64,000 nucleotides of DNA from Lachnospiraceae bacterium (GTDB lineage: Bacteria; Bacillota; Clostridia; Lachnospirales; Lachnospiraceae), in contig CABJAM010000002.1 of assembly GCA_902363555.1 (NCBI GenBank), positions 489,709 to 553,708 of the forward strand, read 5' to 3'. Position numbers and translations under genes: made by a program. The notes under the pieces are model-generated. The model made no database searches. It saw nothing but the letters and a program-made list of their open reading frames with translations, and was not told the DNA's origin. Shown piece by piece: positions 9,959 to 19,517 of the stretch; the first letter of the stretch is position 1, and every line of letters starts with the position of its first letter.

Positions 9959-11248
9959 TTATTTTTCGTCGGGATGTTCTTCATAATATTTATCGGCGGC
10001 CTGGAACACATAATCACGCCATACAGCCGAATCTCTGGCCATACATGGCCGGATAATCTCCTCCTCCTGATCTCCCATACCGTTAATAACTTCCTTGCGC
10101 TGGATCGTCAGGTAAAGGGCCGGTTCATTGGGTGGGCATCCTAAAATCCAGTAAGCGCCCGGATGGTCCTTTAAATACTTTCTTGTACAGTTTCCGTGGA
10201 GAACGATCCTGTCATCGGGAATATCCTTAGGAATCTCGTTCTTTCCGCCGATGACTACTGTCATTCCCGCATTTTTATCATATTCATTTACAGCCTTCAG
10301 CTCTTCCATATTGATGGCCAGCAGCGCCTGACAACTGGAGCATGCGCCCTCACAGCGGACATCGTATTCCGGCCAGCGGGTACTCATATCGCCGATATAA
10401 GGAATCCACATTTTCTTGTAGCATTCCTCAATGGTATTGCCCACAACATCAATGCAGTCCATATCATAATTACCAAGCCCGGTCTCCTCGGCCACCTTAA
10501 AATAATCCACACAGGTGGTATCGATGCCGGTCACTTCGCAGGCTACCCGGTCAATGGCCACGGGGTCTTTGGAGCCCAGGATCATGTTTGTATCAATGGG
10601 CACTGGCATGTGCGGGCTGTAACCGCTGGCTGCATGCATGGCGTCCATAATATTTATATCTGCGCGGCAGGCTGACCACACATCCATCATAGCCATGGTC
10701 AGGTTCTGCTGATGCATCTGCATATGTACCTTGTCCTGTACAACACCCTTGATATTTTTAAGTGCTCCGGAAAATACCATGCTGGCGTGTGCCTTTAAAA
10801 TGGGCAGGTTGATCAAATGATCAGCTTCCATCAGGAATTTGGGAAGCAGCAGATGGTCGATATTGGAGCGGAAGCCGCGCACAGCAACGTTGACAAGCTC
10901 CTTATCCCGCTTAATATCTTTAAGCTCCACACCCTCCTCATTGGCCACGGCCTCAATACCGCTGACCTTGAGACATTCCAGTGTATCACAACCGATGGCA
11001 GCTGCCTCCGCAATAATGATACGTTTGGGCTCCGCTTTTTTCACCTCACGGATGACGGCGCGAACCACCTCCGGATTGGTGCAGACCGATGTTTCCGGCG
11101 GCTCCGCATGACCTGCATTAGGTTTTAAAACAACAGTAGATCCTTTCCGGATCACATTTTTAACGCCGCCCATCAGATCAAAAACACGGGTAACATTTTC
11201 CTGGATATCTGTACCTTTAACGAGGGCAACTAATGATTTTTTTGCCAT
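9959..11248 (-). CDS. DUF362 domain-containing protein (probable Fe-S cluster protein)
   Basis: 429 aa. Resembles the DUF362 family. Cys-rich segments (CEGACSSCQ, GNCTRKY). Confidence 0.7.
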   Translation of the reverse strand: MAKKSLVALVKGTDIQENVTRVFDLMGGVKNVIRKGSTVVLKPNAGHAEPPETSVCTNPEVVRAVIREVKKAEPKRIIIAEAAAIGCDTLECLKVSGIEAVANEEGVELKDIKRDKELVNVAVRGFRSNIDHLLLPKFLMEADHLINLPILKAHASMVFSGALKNIKGVVQDKVHMQMHQQNLTMAMMDVWSACRADINIMDAMHAASGYSPHMPVPIDTNMILGSKDPVAIDRVACEVTGIDTTCVDYFKVAEETGLGNYDMDCIDVVGNTIEECYKKMWIPYIGDMSTRWPEYDVRCEGACSSCQALLAINMEELKAVNEYDKNAGMTVVIGGKNEIPKDIPDDRIVLHGNCTRKYLKDHPGAYWILGCPPNEPALYLTIQRKEVINGMGDQEEEIIRPCMARDSAVWRDYVFQAADKYYEEHPDEK

Positions 11249-11490
11249 TATGATTCCTCCTTTTTATCGATACAGATATACATAGCAAAAATCATGCCAA
11301 AACTTCAAGTCTATCCCGACGTGCTGTAAACTGAGTGTAGCGTCTTAATAAGCTGACCACAGCGCACTGATGTCACCAAAAAAAGCTGCTCAATGGCGGC
11401 ATTTACATTGATTAATCGACGATGCACATGCAACACTGTTGCATAACTGCATTTTCAGTTGCAATTGTAGACGGCAAAATTATTTTTTTC

Positions 11491-11519
11491 TTGAAGGAAC
11501 TTAACGCATCCGCTATAAT
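11491..11519 (+). promoter_or_regulatory. consensus sigma-A promoter (TTGAAG-17 bp-TATAAT) upstream of the small ORF at 11553
   Basis: -35 at 11491-11496 and -10 at 11514-11519 with an exactly 17-bp spacer. Confidence 0.55.
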
Positions 11520-11552
11520 AAAAGAAGAACTCTCGGGAAGAAAGAAAAGATT

Positions 11553-11864
11553 ATGAAGTCGCTCCTGTTAATTAAAGATGATACCTCGGAAATCGCAGGA
11601 AAGACATCCGCGCTGATTTACACCCTTGCGGAAAAGTTTTTGGATGGTAATGAATTGACAGATATCAAGGAGGTGTTCCGAATGACAAGACTTGGACAGA
11701 TGTTGGTAAATGATGGCATTGAAGAGGGGCGTAAAGAAGAAGTTTACCGGCTAATTACATTTATGCTCAAAAAAGGCAAGACCATCTCTGATATCGCTGC
11801 CGATACGGATATTTCCGAAGATGAAATTCGTAAAATCCAGCGCAGCATGCAGAAGAGCAAATAA
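11553..11864 (+). CDS. small hypothetical protein (103 aa) with an Rpn/DUF4351-like C-terminal motif
   Basis: GIEEGRKEEVYRLITFMLKKGKTISDIAADTDISEDEIRKI resembles the C-terminal tail of Rpn-family PD-(D/E)XK nuclease-like proteins. Confidence 0.5.
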   Translation: MKSLLLIKDDTSEIAGKTSALIYTLAEKFLDGNELTDIKEVFRMTRLGQMLVNDGIEEGRKEEVYRLITFMLKKGKTISDIAADTDISEDEIRKIQRSMQKSK

Positions 11865-11932
11865 CTTTTAATATTACATTAGATAAATGTCCTGACTTAT
11901 CTGATAATAAATACCGCTGTAAATCCTGCAAA

Positions 11933-11962
11933 GTAACAGCTCGGCCTGTCTGAACTGTTACC
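11933..11962. repeat. palindromic intergenic repeat copy between convergent genes
   Basis: GTAACAGCTCGGCCTGTCTGAACTGTTACC. Confidence 0.65.
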
Positions 11963-12062
11963 CTGTAAATACTGGGTTTACAGCGATATTTATGTATAAT
12001 GTACTCAATAACACGCACTTCGCTTGGAATCGGTATAGCTTCCAGGCTCACATCAAGTTGGC

Positions 12063-13656
12063 TTATGCCAGCATTTTCGCCATATCCTCCGCCGGTGTGG
12101 TGATCAGTGCTATATTATAATTGTCCACCAGATAATCCAGCACGCCCTGAGATATAAATGCGGGCAATGTGGGCCCCAGATAAATATTTTTTATTCCCAG
12201 ATGAAGCAGCGTCAGTAAAATGCATACCGCCTTCTGCTCATACCATGAAAGCACCATAGACAGCGGCAGATTATTGACACCGCACTGGAAGGCATCGGCC
12301 AGGGCCACAGCTACGCGGATCGCACTGTAAGCATCATTGCACTGCCCCATATCCATAAGTCTTGGCAGGCCGTCAATGGTGCCCAGGTCCATATCATTAA
12401 ATCGGTATTTTCCGCAGGCCAATGTAAGGATTAGCGTATCCTTTGGCGCCAGCTTTACAAATTCCGTATAATAGTTCCTTCCGGCACGGGCGCCGTCACA
12501 GCCGCCCACCAGGAAGAAATGGCGGATATGTCCATCCTTAACGCTCCGGATCACCTGGTCGGCCACAGAAAGTACGGTGTCGTGGCCAAATCCGGTAACC
12601 ACCTGCGTTCCTCCATTGATTCCGGTAAAGACCTGGTCCTCCCCGTAACCGCCAAGTTCCAGGGCCTTTTTTATCACTGGCGTGAAATCCTTTTGCTCAT
12701 CAATATGGACCGCCCCCGGCCAGGATACTGCCCCGGTCGTAAATACCCGATCAGCATAGCTGTCCTTCACCGGCATCAGGCAGTTGGTCGTATACAAAAT
12801 CGGTGCGGGGATATGGGCAAACTCCTTCTGCTGATTCTGCCATGCGGTTCCGAAATTTCCTTTCAGATGCGGGTACTGCTTTAACAGCGGATAGGCATGT
12901 GCCGGCAGCATTTCTCCGTGCGTATAGACATGAATCCCCATCCCCTGTGTCTGCTGCAGCAAAAGCTTCAGATCCAGCAGATCATGGCCAGTGATTACGA
13001 TAAATGGGCCTTTTTCCACAGTGAGAGGAACACTCACCGGCGCAGGGGTTCCGAAGGTTGACGTATTGGCACGGCTCAAAATCTCCATGCATTTATAATT
13101 CACCTCACCGACCTGCAATGCGACCGGCAGCAGCTTTTCCATCGGCCAGTCCAGACCCAGAACAAACAGCGCGCGGTAGAAAAATTGATTCACCTGTTCA
13201 TCCTCATACCCCAGGACCATGGCATGGTAAGCATAGGCCGCCATGCCGCGGATACCGAACAAAATCAGGGATTTCAGCGAACGGATGTCCTCCGGAGCTG
13301 TCCAAAGCTCCCTCATATCGTAATCGTCATTGTGGCCGCAGGGCGATCCACACGACGCACAGCCGGGAGATATCGCATTCTTTTCGTCATTGACGCGGGC
13401 AATCATCGCTTTTACCGAAGCATCATCAAAATTCACATTGGTTACTGTTGTAAATAATCCTTCCATAATTATACGGTCAGTCTGCCCGGTCTTTGGGTTA
13501 TTCTGACAGGCTCTCGCCAGGCCGATCAGCGCGCCCGTAAGCTCATCCTGGAGAAGGGCATTGCCCGAGCTCTTTCCACATACACCGGCACAGCCGGTGC
13601 AGCCGGAACCGCCGGCCGTCTGTTCACATTGAAAGCAAAACATTTTATTATCCATT
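12063..13656 (-). CDS. hcp: hydroxylamine reductase / hybrid-cluster protein
   Basis: N-terminal MFCFQCEQT...CTGCAGVCGK Cys motif, full-length Hcp. True start MDNKMFCF at 13656 with AGGAGG RBS. The track's ORF is extended upstream. Confidence 0.95.
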
Positions 13657-13720
13657 AAATTCTCCTCCTGTAATTGAGATTCTCCTTCTAAATATATAAA
13701 CGCAGGATAAGTGCCGGTAT

Positions 13721-14404
13721 TTATTCCAGTATCCTTCCATCCGTGGAAATGGTCACAACCTGCCACGGTATAAGCTTACCGCTGGCGATCCGCGCATTTT
13801 TAACAGCATTCTCGATTCCACCGCAGCAGGGCACCTCCATGCGCACGACTGTGACACTGTTAATATCATTATTCCGGAGAATTTCCGTCAGCTTTTCCGT
13901 ATAGTCCACACTGTCCAGCTTCGGACAGCCGATCACTGTGATGCGGTTGCGGATAAATTCCTGGTGGAAACTTCCATAGGCATATGCGGTGCAGTCCGCG
14001 GCTACTAAAAGATCTGCGTGATCAAAATACGGAGCCCGGGTGGGTACCAGCTTGATTTGGACCGGCCACTGGCGCAGCAGCGAAGCCGAATTGCCGGCAA
14101 AACCCGTATCTTCCCGGTTAAACCGCATGGCGGCGGTGCCCGGACAGCCGCATGGCAGCGGCGCTTTCTCTGCCATATGTTCTTTAACCGCGGCTTCATC
14201 GTATGCAGCGGCCTCCCGCTCCACAAAGCTGATGGCGCCCGCCGGACATGCAGGAAGACAATCCCCAAGGCCATCACAATAATCGTCTCTGAGCAGCCGG
14301 GCTTTCCCGTCTACCATACCGATGGCCCCCTCATGGCAGGCCTTGGCACACAGGCCGCAGCCGGTGCATTTTTCTTCATCAATATTAATAATTCTCCGTA
14401 TCAT
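13721..14404 (-). CDS. 4Fe-4S ferredoxin-domain protein
   Basis: CTGCGLCAKACHEGAI and CDGLGDCLPACPAGAI double-cluster motifs. Start MIRRII with GGAGG RBS. Confidence 0.8.
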   Translation of the reverse strand: MIRRIINIDEEKCTGCGLCAKACHEGAIGMVDGKARLLRDDYCDGLGDCLPACPAGAISFVEREAAAYDEAAVKEHMAEKAPLPCGCPGTAAMRFNREDTGFAGNSASLLRQWPVQIKLVPTRAPYFDHADLLVAADCTAYAYGSFHQEFIRNRITVIGCPKLDSVDYTEKLTEILRNNDINSVTVVRMEVPCCGGIENAVKNARIASGKLIPWQVVTISTDGRILE

Positions 14405-14461
14405 AAAACATACCTCCATTTTCTAATGTGTCTGATTCATTACTGTCACTATGGCTTGACT

Positions 14462-14514
14462 TTATGAAATCATAATACTATACTGAAAATCGTAAGTATG
14501 TTGTTAAAACAACA
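14462..14514. promoter_or_regulatory. two perfect palindromes in the hcp-operon / hcpR divergent promoter region
   Basis: TTATGAAATCATAA (14462-14475) and TGTTGTTAAAACAACA (14499-14514). Candidate Crp/Fnr-type operators. Confidence 0.4.
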
Positions 14515-14530
14515 AAACAGGAGAATTTTT

Positions 14531-15214
14531 ATGGATTTTAATTTTATTTCAAAAACAGAACTTTTTTCTGGAATTTCTGTGGAAGATACAGAATCGATGC
14601 TTGGATGCCTTCAGGCTTATACGAAAACTTATACAAAAAATACGATGATTTATGCCGCCGGAACAACGACCGGCGCCATGGGCCTGGTCCTGTCCGGCAG
14701 TGTGCGCGTGGAACAGACAGACCTTTGGGGCAATCAGAATATATTTTCCACCGCCGGACCGGGGCAGGTATTTGCCGAAGCCTATGCCTGCGCGCCCGGC
14801 GAGGTTTTAATGGTGGATGCGGTAGCAGCCGCAGACTGTGAAGTTCTTTTTCTTAACGCCGGTAAGGTTTTAAAAACCTGCCCATCGGCCTGCCAGTTCC
14901 ACAGCCGGCTTGTGGAAAATCTTCTGGCAGTGATGGCCTCAAAAAATCTAAACCTGACACGGAAGATCAGTCATATATCTAAAAAGTCCATCCGCGCCCG
15001 GCTGCTCTCCTACTTATCGTTTCAGGCACTGCGCCAGGACACCTGCTGCTTTGATATTCCATTTAACCGGCAGCAGCTGGCGGACTATCTGTGCGTGGAC
15101 CGCAGCGCCCTGTCCAACGAATTAGGCAAAATGCGGGATGAAGGGCTGCTGGAGTTTCAGAGAAACCATTTTTGCCTCCATACCTCAGATTACGCTTCAC
15201 AGGGGGTGGAATAA
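14531..15214 (+). CDS. Crp/Fnr family regulator (HcpR-like)
   Basis: cNMP-binding domain plus HTH (QQLADYLCVDRSALSNELGKMRDEGLL). Divergent from hcp. RBS CAGGAG 7 nt upstream. Confidence 0.8.
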   Translation: MDFNFISKTELFSGISVEDTESMLGCLQAYTKTYTKNTMIYAAGTTTGAMGLVLSGSVRVEQTDLWGNQNIFSTAGPGQVFAEAYACAPGEVLMVDAVAAADCEVLFLNAGKVLKTCPSACQFHSRLVENLLAVMASKNLNLTRKISHISKKSIRARLLSYLSFQALRQDTCCFDIPFNRQQLADYLCVDRSALSNELGKMRDEGLLEFQRNHFCLHTSDYASQGVE

Positions 15215-15219
15215 ATACA

Positions 15220-16146
15220 TTATTCTTTAACAAGTTCCGGCAATACAACTGCTCTTTCATAAGCCGTATACTTTTTACGTTTCTCCTGGATGATATCCTT
15301 GCCGTCAATGGCCTTTTTGTGTCCTTTGCGGATATTGTTGTCGTGAAGCTCCTGGCCCCATGGATTCCAGCGGTTCTTTGCGCGTTCTTCGTCGGAGAAA
15401 GCCACTGTCACCTTACCGTCGCTCATGGTGACATCCGCTTTTGTATTACATTGCGGGCAATACCAGCCATCCTCACGGATTTCCAGGAGATTGCCGTGGC
15501 AGTCCGGACATACGCCGGGCGTTCCTTTATAGTCAGCGGCCTCACCATTTTCTTTGGTCATCAGCGCATCGGCAATATTTTCGCCCATGGCATGCATACG
15601 TGCCAGCACATCATCCTCCAGGAGCACCGCACCGGAAGACGGCATGAAGTCAAAATGTACCGCATCCACAACAGAATCATAGGAGCCGCACATTTCCATG
15701 GCGATCATTTTACATGTGCTTAATGTGAAGTTTGTCCAGTCCGTACCGCCCAGAGAAAAAGCTGCGCCTACCTTATGGTTTTTATGTGTCACCTCGCGGT
15801 AATCACCGGTAGCGTGAAGCTTGTTGAGGAATTTGATCAGTGCGCCTGTGGGCAGCAGATTGTAGGCCGGGCTGGATACGATAATGGCATCCGCCTCACG
15901 CATAAGCTGCTCGATAAAATACACATGGTCACTGCCGTTTTTATGTACGCAGCGGAAATCAAAATTTCCCCGCAGATGATTCGTCATACATGTCTCGCAG
16001 CCAATGCATGTATTTACCTCGGCATCCTGCATACGCACAAGCTGGCACTGTGCCCCGCACTTTTCCTCGATTGCCATGAACACTTCCTTCATCATAATTT
16101 CCGTGTTACCGTTTTTTCTGCCGCAGCAAAAACCTAAAACCTTCAT
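15220..16146 (-). CDS. flavodoxin-like (NADPH-dependent FMN reductase fold) protein with C-terminal rubredoxin-like zinc ribbon
   Basis: N-terminal flavodoxin fold (MKVLGFCCGRKNGNTE). C-terminal CPDCHG...CPQCN. Confidence 0.7.
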   Translation of the reverse strand: MKVLGFCCGRKNGNTEIMMKEVFMAIEEKCGAQCQLVRMQDAEVNTCIGCETCMTNHLRGNFDFRCVHKNGSDHVYFIEQLMREADAIIVSSPAYNLLPTGALIKFLNKLHATGDYREVTHKNHKVGAAFSLGGTDWTNFTLSTCKMIAMEMCGSYDSVVDAVHFDFMPSSGAVLLEDDVLARMHAMGENIADALMTKENGEAADYKGTPGVCPDCHGNLLEIREDGWYCPQCNTKADVTMSDGKVTVAFSDEERAKNRWNPWGQELHDNNIRKGHKKAIDGKDIIQEKRKKYTAYERAVVLPELVKE

Positions 16147-16406
16147 AAATCGCTCTCCTTTTCGTCATACATAATAAATAATTTTGAGTTACATTTTCTG
16201 TTTTTATGTAACGGTATATTTGTGGTATACCATATTATTATCTAATAATTATAACATGGCTCAGTAAATCCTGCACCTGTTTTTTTAAGATTGTGTGAAT
16301 CTGCGTTTTCGCCTTGAATCACCCATGCCAATCCGTTATAATTAAATTATATCTCCCGTCCACGCTCCCCCAGCGTCCGACGGCAGAGCATCCCTTACTG
16401 AATTAT

Positions 16407-18422
16407 ATGGAGGAACACCTCTTGAAAAAATTATGGAACAAAATCAGCTTCAGAATCATAATACTCACAGTCATCGTCTTTGTGCCGGTGCTGATCTTTC
16501 TCATCATATTCAATATCCAGAGCACCCACAGCGCCACAGCAGCGCTGATCCAGGAAAACCAGGGAAATCTGGACACTGCGGCTCAGCAGTTGGACAACAT
16601 TTTAGAGGTTACGGAGACGCTGCTGAAAACAGTGAACAACGATTCCACGCTGCTGGATAAAATACGGTATTACAAGCCCAGGGTGGCGGCGGACGCGGCA
16701 GAAGCCACGCCAGACACTACCGCAGAAATCCCCCCAGATAATGACGCAAACGTCCCCCCCCCAGTTGATGATGATGATTTGCCCCGAGACAATTCCGCAG
16801 ACACTGCCACAGATGCGCCCACAAGCGACTCCGCAGACGCTGACGCAGATGCGCCCAAAAGCGACTCCGCAAAAGCTGACGCAGATGCGCCCAAAAGCGA
16901 TTCCACAGGCAGCTCAGCTTCCGGCGAGATCAGCAACGACACAGAATCAGAATACTACCGTGCGGTCCAGCTCCTGTTCAACCACCTGCAGGACTCCCTG
17001 GCGGCCAGCGACTTTACGCAAAATGCTTTTATCTATTTTCCTGAACAGGAATTATTTTACAACTCCAAAAAAGAAGCACAGATGACCGAATATCTCAACA
17101 CCATTATTCAGTCAGACATGTCCGGCGGCCCCGTCAACCTGATGGATACTTATCAAAAATCATGGGCGCCGGTCTATGTGGGCAGCCAATGGTATATTTT
17201 GCGCATTTGGAGGTACAATCCCAAAGCCAATGGCTACTATATCGGCGCATGGTTTTCTGTGGACGCCCTCAGAGACTCCATCCACGTCTCCATAAATACG
17301 GACTATGACCGGCTGTTTATCGCCAATGGCAGAGGAACCTACCTCAACAGCAACGGACTTTATATTAATCCCAATACGATCGCCTCCGGAGATATGGTCC
17401 ATGACTCCAAAGGCTCAGACATAACCGGCTCCGGGCGTACGTCAGAGGACTATTACTACATATATACCCTTTCCGAGAAGGCGCCCATACGGCTTATAAA
17501 GCTGCTGAACACCAAAACCGTAAAGTCATTATCACCGGATATTTCGCTGGCTATTTTTATCATGTTCCTGTGCTTCGCCATGCTCATCCTTTTATTTACG
17601 GTATGCATCCGCCGCTGGCTTTTAAGTCCGATCAGCTCCACCATGCGCTCCATGGACCGTATCCGTTCCGGAGATATTGATCACCGTATCCCGGTCAATT
17701 CCGGGGATTGTGTGGAATTTACATCTCTGAATACGTTGTTCAATAACATGATGGACCAGGTCAATCAGCTCAAAAACGAAATTTATGAGGGGCAGTTGGA
17801 ACGCCAGGAAATACGTCTGGAATACCTTCAACAGCAGATACAGCCCCACTTCATATTAAATACGTTAAACACGCTGTATAATCACACCGAAGATGATATC
17901 CAGAAGGAAATCATACTGCTAATGACCAAGTATTACCGCTTTGTCGTCAACATAGATTCGCGGTATGTACAGCTTGGGCAGGAGCTGGATCACATAAAGA
18001 ACTATCTGAAGCTGCAGCAGATCCGCTATCCTCATGCATTTGAGTATGAGATCCGCTGTGAAAGCTCCCTGGAGATCATACCGGTACCGCCCTTTCTTAT
18101 CGAAAGCTTTGTGGGAAATACGATCAAGCACGCACTGAATTTCTCGGATTGTGTTTTTATCCGGATCGAGGCGTATCTTTTGGATACCTTCACCACACGC
18201 ATACGCATTTCCGATACCGGGGAAGGCTTCGAGGACGAGGTTCTGGATATGATCAATGATTACCTGGAAAACAAAACTATCTCGGAAGAGCTGGGCGTCG
18301 GTATCCGCAATTCCATCGAGCGGCTGCGGCTCATCTACCACGACAATGCCGCCATACGCCTGTACAATCAGGAGTCCGGCGGCGCTGTGGTGGAAATCGA
18401 TCTGTCGCTGCAAATGCCATAA
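16407..18422 (+). CDS. sensor histidine kinase (YesM-like)
   Basis: N-terminal TM, a large extracellular domain containing low-complexity repeats, a second TM, HAMP, the His-kinase motif QQQIQPHFILNTLNTLY and an HATPase domain. Confidence 0.85.
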   Translation: MEEHLLKKLWNKISFRIIILTVIVFVPVLIFLIIFNIQSTHSATAALIQENQGNLDTAAQQLDNILEVTETLLKTVNNDSTLLDKIRYYKPRVAADAAEATPDTTAEIPPDNDANVPPPVDDDDLPRDNSADTATDAPTSDSADADADAPKSDSAKADADAPKSDSTGSSASGEISNDTESEYYRAVQLLFNHLQDSLAASDFTQNAFIYFPEQELFYNSKKEAQMTEYLNTIIQSDMSGGPVNLMDTYQKSWAPVYVGSQWYILRIWRYNPKANGYYIGAWFSVDALRDSIHVSINTDYDRLFIANGRGTYLNSNGLYINPNTIASGDMVHDSKGSDITGSGRTSEDYYYIYTLSEKAPIRLIKLLNTKTVKSLSPDISLAIFIMFLCFAMLILLFTVCIRRWLLSPISSTMRSMDRIRSGDIDHRIPVNSGDCVEFTSLNTLFNNMMDQVNQLKNEIYEGQLERQEIRLEYLQQQIQPHFILNTLNTLYNHTEDDIQKEIILLMTKYYRFVVNIDSRYVQLGQELDHIKNYLKLQQIRYPHAFEYEIRCESSLEIIPVPPFLIESFVGNTIKHALNFSDCVFIRIEAYLLDTFTTRIRISDTGEGFEDEVLDMINDYLENKTISEELGVGIRNSIERLRLIYHDNAAIRLYNQESGGAVVEIDLSLQMP

Positions 18423-18479
18423 ACATGTAACGGTTCGGCCACAATGAACGACACATAAACATTGAGGGAGGCTTTACTT

Positions 18480-19292
18480 ATGAATTTAAATATATTGCTT
18501 GTGGATGATGAAGCATATTGTGTGGAAAAACTGATCCACGACATCGACTGGAAGGCGCTGGGTATTTCTCATGCTTATTCCGCGTATTCCGCGGCCCAGG
18601 CGATGAAGATACTGCAATCGGAGCCCATACAGCTCCTCATCTGCGATATTGAGATGCCCGGCGCCAGCGGCCTGGACCTGATTGAATGGACCAATGAGGC
18701 CGCCCGCCTTATGAATTTTTCTATTGAATGTCTTATGCTGACCTGTCATCCGGAATATGAATTTATGCGCAAGGCCATGCAGCTTGGCTGTTCGGATTAT
18801 CTGCTCAAGCCGTTCAAAAAAGAAGAAATCACCCAGTCCATTGCCGCACTGGTGGAAAAGATTCAAAAGAAAAACGAGGAGCAGCCGGAACTGTTTTCAT
18901 CCCGGACCGACTACCTGTCCGCCACCGCGGACAGTGATCCTATGCCTGCGTCGGCGGATTCCGATGAGCATATACGTACCCGGGTCATTCCGTATATCCA
19001 GGAGCATATCGCCGCCCCCATTACGGTGACGGAAATTGCCCAGGCTGTCAACCTCAACGCTCAGTATCTGATGCGCCTGTTCCGCAGACAGATGGGCTGC
19101 TCCATCATCCAGTACGTGACCCGCTATAAAATGGAACTGGCCAAGGATATGCTGATCCATACAAACATCAGCAACGCGGAAATATCCGAAAAACTGGGCT
19201 ATCTGAATACGACCTATTTTCTTAAAGTCTTCAGGGAAAATGAGGGTATGACGCCGGGAGCCTTCCGGAAAAAATACAACATATATAAATAA
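18480..19292 (+). CDS. response regulator, CheY receiver plus AraC-type HTH (YesN-like)
   Basis: Receiver domain (LLVDDE...D) and C-terminal AraC HTH. RBS GAGGGAGG. Confidence 0.9.
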   Translation: MNLNILLVDDEAYCVEKLIHDIDWKALGISHAYSAYSAAQAMKILQSEPIQLLICDIEMPGASGLDLIEWTNEAARLMNFSIECLMLTCHPEYEFMRKAMQLGCSDYLLKPFKKEEITQSIAALVEKIQKKNEEQPELFSSRTDYLSATADSDPMPASADSDEHIRTRVIPYIQEHIAAPITVTEIAQAVNLNAQYLMRLFRRQMGCSIIQYVTRYKMELAKDMLIHTNISNAEISEKLGYLNTTYFLKVFRENEGMTPGAFRKKYNIYK

Positions 19293-19517
19293 ATTTACGA
19301 GGGGCTGCCGGTGAATGGCGATTTTTAAGCCCCTCGTTCCTTTATGTCTAAACACTCCTTTTCCTAAGCTGTTTTCGCGGCGCTTTTCCCTTCGTATTTT
19401 TGGATCTCACTAAGAAGGAAACACTTTGATAATGAACATCCGGGCATTCTTTTTATCGTTGGCACTGCACCAGAAAACGGTTCATATCGTCCTCAGTGCC
19501 AACAAGTATAGCCCCCC

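Noticed and set aside
14462-16212. Equating the GTAAC...GTTAC dispersed repeat with HcpR/Crp-type operator sites
   Set aside because: Arm spacing (about 20 bp between GTAAC and GTTAC) and the genome-wide intergenic distribution do not fit a 14-16-bp Crp/Fnr box. Only the local palindromes near hcp are proposed as operators.
19298-19337. Terminator hairpin after the AraC-type response regulator
   Set aside because: The 9-bp stem has a 23-nt loop and no trailing T tract, so it is too weak to call.
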